A stretch of DNA of 64,000 nucleotides from the NCBI GenBank assembly GCA_030529445.1, contig JAUMWW010000002.1, forward strand, positions 54,595 to 118,594, written 5' to 3'. Made by a program: the position numbers and the translations under genes. Shown here piece after piece: positions 58,881 through 64,000 of this stretch (its first letter is position 1; each line of letters begins with the position of its first letter). The notes under the pieces were generated by a model that ran no database searches, was not told the DNA's origin, and saw nothing but the letters and a program-made list of their open reading frames with translations. Origin of the DNA: Johnsonella sp. Its GTDB lineage: Bacteria; Bacillota; Clostridia; Lachnospirales; Lachnospiraceae.

Positions 58881-60983
58881 TTACAGCTCCACATTCTCGA
58901 GCTTGGAAGCTCTTGCCTCCACTTCCTTCTTCTGCACATCGGAGGGAGCCTGCTCATAACGAACGAACTCATAGGAAAATACGCCGATGCCGCCCGTCAT
59001 GGAACGCAAATCGGTATTATATCCGAAAAGTTCGGACATCGGAACCTCCGCCATGATCTGCTGCTTTTTATTATGCGTGGATTCCATACCGAGAACTCTT
59101 CCTCTTCTCCGGTTCAAATCTCCCATTACATCTCCCGTAAACTTATCCGGAACCGTAACCTGCAGTGAAACGATGGGCTCAAGCAGAACCGGATTTGCCC
59201 TCATGAAGCCGTCCTTAAACGCAATCGTCGCCGCCATCTTAAATGCAAGCTCGGAGGAGTCCACCGGATGGTAGGAACCGTCCAAAAGCACCGCCTTGAC
59301 GCCGACCACCGGGTATGCGGCAAGAGGTCCCTTAAGGCAGCATTCCGCAACGCCTTTTTCCACCGCCGGGAAGTAATTCTTCGGCACCGCACCTCCGAAT
59401 ACCTCTTCCTCGAATACATAGGGAATCTTAAGATCATCCAGGGGCTCAAAGCTCATCTTCACATCGCCGAACTGACCATGTCCTCCCGACTGCTTCTTAT
59501 AGCGTCCTGCCGCCTCCACTTTCTTCTTGATCGTCTCTCTGAATGCGATCTTCGGCTTGGAAAGCTCGATATCCACCTTATATCTGTTTGAAAGCTTGCT
59601 TGCCACAACCTCAAGCTGCTGATCGCCGATACCGTATATCAATGCCTGTCTGTTTTCGGTATCCATAAGGGTCTTCAAGGTAAGATCCTCCTCCATCAGC
59701 TTGGCAAGTCCGGATGAAAGCTTGTCCTCATCTCCCTTATTGACCGTCTTATATCTCATATAGGTATAAGGTCTGGAAATCTTCGGGCGATGATAAAGTA
59801 TGGGGGCATTCTTCAGCGCTATCGTATCTCCGGTCTGGGTCACGCTGAGCTTTGCAATCGCTCCGATATCTCCCGCCTTGATCTCCGGGACTTCGATGGC
59901 TTCCTTTCCTCTGAGTATATAGAGCTTGCCCGTCTTTTCTTCCGTTTCCTTGGCAACATTGTAAATATTTCCGTCCGCCCTCAAGGTTCCCGTACAAACC
60001 TTGATCAAAGAATACTTTCCGATAAAGGGATCGACGATGGTCTTGAATACCTTCGCGGAAAGATTCACATCGGAATTGTATTTTGCAACAAAGCGCTCCC
60101 CGTTGCTTACATCGACTCCGACCACCTCTCTGAAATCCGGTGAGGGGAAATATCTGTCTATTGCGGTCAAAAGAGATTTGAAGCCCTGCACATTGATTCC
60201 CGAGCCCATCATAACCGGAACGATGGAGCCCTCGCTCACGTTGTTTCTCAGCGCATCCGCAATCTCGTCATCGCTGAATTCGTCTCCGGAAAGATATCTT
60301 TCCATATATTCCTCGCTGGTTTCCGCAACCGCCTCGATCAGCGCTTCTCTTGCAATCTTTAAGTTTGCTTCGGAATACTCCGGTATCGCGCATTCCTCAT
60401 AATCGGAAAGCTTTGTAAAGCGTCTTCCCTGCATCTTTACAACATTGACGAAGCCCACAAATTTCTCATTCTCTCTGATCGGCAAATGGAAGGGAGCGAT
60501 CTTTCTTCCGAATCTGGTCTCAAGCTTTAATAAAAGCTCTCTATAGCTCGCCTTATCATCATCCATATTGGTAACAAAAATAATTCTCGGCAGATGGTAT
60601 TCCTCGCAAAGCTCCCATGCTTTTTCCGTTCCCACTTCTATTCCCGCCTTGCAGTTGACTACGATGATCGCCGCATCCGCCACGCTTACCGCTTCCTCAA
60701 CTTCTCCTACAAAATCAAAATATCCGGGAGTATCAAGAAGATTGATTTTAATATTTCCGCTTTCCCCCTTATACTCTATCGGTATCAGTGAAGTATTGAT
60801 TGAAAATCCTCTCTTAATCTCTTCCTTATCATAATCGCTTACCGTATTGCCGTCCGTAATTTTTCCCATTTTGGAAATAGCTCCACTGACATAGCAAAGC
60901 GCCTCCGCCGCTGTAGATTTTCCGGCACCTCCATGTCCTAACAATACAACGTTTCTGATATTTTTTGTCTCATATACATTCAT
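58881..60983 (-). CDS. fusA: Elongation factor G paralog (EF-G2-like translational GTPase)
   Basis: G1 GHGGAGKST, DTPG, NMDD motifs; five-domain EF-G architecture, about 700 aa. Start at the MNVYETKNI ATG (GGAGG RBS); the track ORF is extended by 12 codons. Confidence 0.8.
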   Translation of the reverse strand: MNVYETKNIRNVVLLGHGGAGKSTAAEALCYVSGAISKMGKITDGNTVSDYDKEEIKRGFSINTSLIPIEYKGESGNIKINLLDTPGYFDFVGEVEEAVSVADAAIIVVNCKAGIEVGTEKAWELCEEYHLPRIIFVTNMDDDKASYRELLLKLETRFGRKIAPFHLPIRENEKFVGFVNVVKMQGRRFTKLSDYEECAIPEYSEANLKIAREALIEAVAETSEEYMERYLSGDEFSDDEIADALRNNVSEGSIVPVMMGSGINVQGFKSLLTAIDRYFPSPDFREVVGVDVSNGERFVAKYNSDVNLSAKVFKTIVDPFIGKYSLIKVCTGTLRADGNIYNVAKETEEKTGKLYILRGKEAIEVPEIKAGDIGAIAKLSVTQTGDTIALKNAPILYHRPKISRPYTYMRYKTVNKGDEDKLSSGLAKLMEEDLTLKTLMDTENRQALIYGIGDQQLEVVASKLSNRYKVDIELSKPKIAFRETIKKKVEAAGRYKKQSGGHGQFGDVKMSFEPLDDLKIPYVFEEEVFGGAVPKNYFPAVEKGVAECCLKGPLAAYPVVGVKAVLLDGSYHPVDSSELAFKMAATIAFKDGFMRANPVLLEPIVSLQVTVPDKFTGDVMGDLNRRRGRVLGMESTHNKKQQIMAEVPMSELFGYNTDLRSMTGGIGVFSYEFVRYEQAPSDVQKKEVEARASKLENVEL

Positions 60984-61227
60984 AGGTAAAACCTCCCGTC
61001 TTGATTTTTGTGCCTGCACATATTTTACTAAAATTTTTTCGATATTTCAATCTTTTAATTTAATTTATACAAAGTATTTTCTGTTTTACAGATATTACAC
61101 TGCCGATAAAATAAAGGAATTGACAGGTCGCCCAAAGCGGTATACCATATCTTTACCAAAACTTCGTATAAAAAGTTTTCGGGCTCTATGCCCCTGTATT
61201 CGGGCATACGGAAAGCGAGGATATAAG

Positions 61228-62244
61228 ATGATTATCATAAGCAAGGAATATGCGGAGAGATCGGATATCGAAAACATTGCCGCCCTGATTCGGAGCAGGG
61301 GAGGCAATGCGCGGATATTAAGAGAGGGATGCAGATTCTATATTTATATCGAGGGGGATTTAAAAAAACTCAACGAGATCCGTTTTGAGATCATGCCTGC
61401 CGTAGAAAAACTTGCCAAGGAAGAAGATCTCGGCACTGAGGAAGAGAAAACTCCATTTTATCTTCCGAAAAGCATTCGCGTGGGAGGCAGGGAAATTTCC
61501 GCCTCCTCCTTTCAGCTCATCGCCGGTCCCTGTGCCGTGGAAAGCCGCAAACAGCTTCTTTCCACTGCAAAAGCCGTAAAAGAGGCGGGAGCGGGCTTTT
61601 TGAGAGGAGGCGCATATAAGCCCAGAACCTCCCCATATTCCTTTCAGGGACTGGAGGAGGAAGGGCTGAAACTGCTGCGGGAGGCAAAAGAAGAGACCGG
61701 GCTCGCTCTCGTATCCGAGGCAACCTCGGCAAGATCTTTGGAAAGCGCGGTCAAATATGTCGATATGATTCAGATCGGCTCAAGAAATATGCAGAATTTC
61801 GAGCTTTTAAAAGAAGCGGGAAAATGCGGCAGACCCGTGCTCCTCAAACGCGGATTTTGCGCAACGATAGAGGAATGGCTCAATGCCGCCGAATACATCA
61901 TGGCGGAGGGAAATGCAAACATCGTATTATGTGAAAGAGGAATACGAACCTTTGAACATTCGACAAGAAACACTCTCGATATCAGCGCCCCCGCGGTGCT
62001 CAGAAGAAAGACGGATCTGCCCGTCTTTATCGATCCCTCCCATGCAAGCGGCTTTCATGAATATGTCGCGCCTCTTGCAAAGGCGGCTGTTGCCGCCGGA
62101 GCTGACGGTCTGCTGATCGAGGTGCATCCCGATCCTTCCCGCGCACTCTCGGACGGAAGGCAGTCTCTGAGTTTTGAAGCCTTTCGCCGACTGGCGGAAG
62201 AATTGAAGCCCTATATCGAACTGACAAAAAAATGCAGCCTATAA
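61228..62244 (+). CDS. aroF: 3-deoxy-7-phosphoheptulonate (DAHP) synthase, type I-beta, with N-terminal ferredoxin-like/ACT regulatory domain
   Basis: Catalytic core (GPCAVES...KPRTSPYSFQGL...IDPSHA...) preceded by an extension of about 75 aa, as in Thermotoga-type regulated DAH7PS. GAGG RBS before the MIIISKEY start. Confidence 0.8.
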   Translation: MIIISKEYAERSDIENIAALIRSRGGNARILREGCRFYIYIEGDLKKLNEIRFEIMPAVEKLAKEEDLGTEEEKTPFYLPKSIRVGGREISASSFQLIAGPCAVESRKQLLSTAKAVKEAGAGFLRGGAYKPRTSPYSFQGLEEEGLKLLREAKEETGLALVSEATSARSLESAVKYVDMIQIGSRNMQNFELLKEAGKCGRPVLLKRGFCATIEEWLNAAEYIMAEGNANIVLCERGIRTFEHSTRNTLDISAPAVLRRKTDLPVFIDPSHASGFHEYVAPLAKAAVAAGADGLLIEVHPDPSRALSDGRQSLSFEAFRRLAEELKPYIELTKKCSL

Positions 62245-63723
62245 AGCTGCATTTTTCTTTTCGCCGTCTTTCATTTTCTTTCTCATATAATACGGCATAT
62301 GACCGAACAAGATTTCGTCCGAATATCCCTTCTTCTTCCATGCGGAAAGCGAGACGAAATAGCATGCCGCTCCCAGGAGTATCCATCCCCCCGCTATGAT
62401 GAATTCCGCCGTCGTAAAGCCGGAGGGAAGCCCCGGGATATAAAGGATGAGCATGCCTCCGGTCAGAAGCAGAGCCATCGTTCCCACAAATCTCGGATAT
62501 CTTACCTTATACGGTCTTTCCATCTCCGGCTCCTGCTTTCTCAGAATCACAAAGGAAAGCGCCACGAAGAAATAAGCGACCACCGCACCGAAGCTTCCGG
62601 CATTTGTCAGCCAGGTCAGCATCTGCCTTCCGAAAAAAGGAGCGATAATCGAAAGAATACCGACCAGGGCAACCGAGATATAGGGAGTTTTAAACTTCGG
62701 ATGAAGCTTGGAAAAAACTCCCGGTATCAGATGAATCTCGGATAAGGCAAAGATCGCTCTGCTGCCTCCGATAAAAAAGGAATTCCAACTGCTTAAGATT
62801 CCCGCCATTCCTCCGATCAGCACGACATCTCCGGCAAGCTGGCTGTTATTAAAGAGTTTTTTCATCGCATCCGCCGTAACCAGATTGGCATTTGCCATTT
62901 CATCCGCATTCATTGCCAAAGAAACCGCCAAAATAATCGCAACATACCAAATCACCGCCATAACGATCGAAAAAATCATGACTCTTCCGATTCTCTTCAA
63001 GGGAACCTTGATCTCCTCCGCCGCCTGAGGGATCACATCAAAACCCAAAAACATAAAAGGAGTCATTACGGCAATGGAGAGAACCCCTTTATACCCGTCT
63101 TCAAAAAACGGTTTCATGTTTTCCGTATTTCCCCTGAGCAGGGAAAGCGCGATCAGGGCAATTCCGATTGCGGCGATAATATAGGTCAGCGCATTCTGAA
63201 GCTTCACCGCGGATTTTACCCCTTTGATATTGATCAGGGTCAAAATCAGGGCGGAAACGCTTCCTACCGCTACCCAGGAAGCATAGATATCAAAACCCGC
63301 TATCGTATACATATAGCCCTTGAGAAATCCGGGAAAAAGATACTGCAATACGGAGGGGAGCGCACAGGCTTCGAATGCGGTGACTCCCACATAGCTTAAA
63401 ATCAGTCCCCAGGTACAGATAAAAGAGCCGTTTTTTCCCAAAGCCCTCATGCTGAACTGCTGCTCTCCCCCCGTCAGAGGCATCGCGCTCGTCAGCTCCG
63501 CATAAATCAAACCTTCAAATACGACCATAAAACCTGCAATGATAAATGCAAGCATGGCTCCGATCGAACCGGCGCCTCCGACCCAAAAGCCTACGAGCAC
63601 CACCCATCCCCATCCTATCATCGCTCCAAACGCTATCGCAAATATATCCTTCTCTTTTAATACTTTTTCGAATCTTTCCTCTTTCTTTTTTGTATGCGTT
63701 TTTTTCTTGTCCATTCTGATCAT
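62239..63723 (-). CDS. APC-superfamily amino acid permease
   Basis: 12 TM segments; APC family N-terminal FGAMIGWGW motif; 494 aa. Confidence 0.8.
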   Translation of the reverse strand: MIRMDKKKTHTKKKEERFEKVLKEKDIFAIAFGAMIGWGWVVLVGFWVGGAGSIGAMLAFIIAGFMVVFEGLIYAELTSAMPLTGGEQQFSMRALGKNGSFICTWGLILSYVGVTAFEACALPSVLQYLFPGFLKGYMYTIAGFDIYASWVAVGSVSALILTLINIKGVKSAVKLQNALTYIIAAIGIALIALSLLRGNTENMKPFFEDGYKGVLSIAVMTPFMFLGFDVIPQAAEEIKVPLKRIGRVMIFSIVMAVIWYVAIILAVSLAMNADEMANANLVTADAMKKLFNNSQLAGDVVLIGGMAGILSSWNSFFIGGSRAIFALSEIHLIPGVFSKLHPKFKTPYISVALVGILSIIAPFFGRQMLTWLTNAGSFGAVVAYFFVALSFVILRKQEPEMERPYKVRYPRFVGTMALLLTGGMLILYIPGLPSGFTTAEFIIAGGWILLGAACYFVSLSAWKKKGYSDEILFGHMPYYMRKKMKDGEKKNAAL

Positions 63724-64000
63724 TTACCTTTCCGACTTATATTTTATTTACGGGGTTGACAGTGCCATATGAGTCCTGCGAAAATACCAATAGGTTTTGG
63801 AGAAGATACAGAAGGTTGAGATTGCTTATTATTATAACAGAATTTATACAATTTGGCAAATTTTTATCCAATTCACCTTCTGCGGAATCTTAAAAACCCT
63901 ATATATCAATCGATCTTTTAAAATAAAATCTCTTGTTTTTATACAGTTTTTTTGATTAAAAAATATCAAAGAATTGAGAAAGGATAAAGCATGAATCTGA

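Noticed and set aside
63724-64000. Leader of the amino-acid permease gene and a + strand ATG at about 63990
   Set aside because: No recognisable riboswitch or T-box core was visible. The + strand gene start at the window edge is too short (under 4 codons) to call.
1-64000. CRISPR arrays, insertion sequences, prophage or integrase genes
   Set aside because: No direct-repeat/spacer periodicity, no transposase or integrase motifs and no terminal inverted repeats were seen. The window appears to be core chromosome with accessory metabolic operons.

Overview
This is a chromosomal region of a roughly 50% GC, low-GC Gram-positive anaerobe. It looks Clostridia-like: NifJ-type pyruvate:ferredoxin oxidoreductase, ECF transporters, cell-wall-binding repeats, Gram-positive tRNA sequences. 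Coding density is high, mostly on the minus strand, and the six-frame track contains many antisense shadow ORFs that I discard. Housekeeping genes present are glgP, ileS, prfC, coaBC/coaX, recD2, leuS, an EF-G paralog, upp, nifJ, a DAHP synthase and the 3' part of an agaS-like SIS isomerase. Accessory content includes a MacAB-like HlyD/ABC/FtsX exporter, a MATE pump, a YaaA peroxide-stress protein, a VanW/G5 protein, a TPP-riboswitch-controlled cytX-thiW thiamine salvage operon, and four tRNA genes: Pro(CGG), Glu(CUC) and Thr(CGU) in one cluster, plus Leu(CAA). I saw no CRISPR array, transposase or phage gene. The most unusual locus is a minus-strand operon at about 33.1-37.3 kb. It encodes a C_GCAxxG_C_C redox protein, a Na+/solute symporter, a metallophosphoesterase, a small AhpD-like CxxC protein and an ArsS-type radical SAM enzyme with a Cys-rich C-terminal tail. 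That composition matches the TIGR04167/04168/04169-style 'rSAM-SeCys' triad, whose function outside cyanobacterial arsenosugar synthesis is unknown. Immediately downstream is a metal/corrinoid-type ABC importer carrying an embedded SAM methyltransferase and an FmdE zinc-ribbon protein. Next to that sits an ECF importer (Trep_Strep/MptD-like S component) co-transcribed with a heterodimeric ABC exporter and facing a divergent AraC regulator. A CoA-disulfide-reductase/rhodanese/TusA/DsrE fusion with an adjacent ArsR-family regulator forms a likely sulfide/persulfide stress unit. Coordinates I derived by hand (tRNAs, hairpins, promoters) may be off by 1-2 nt.
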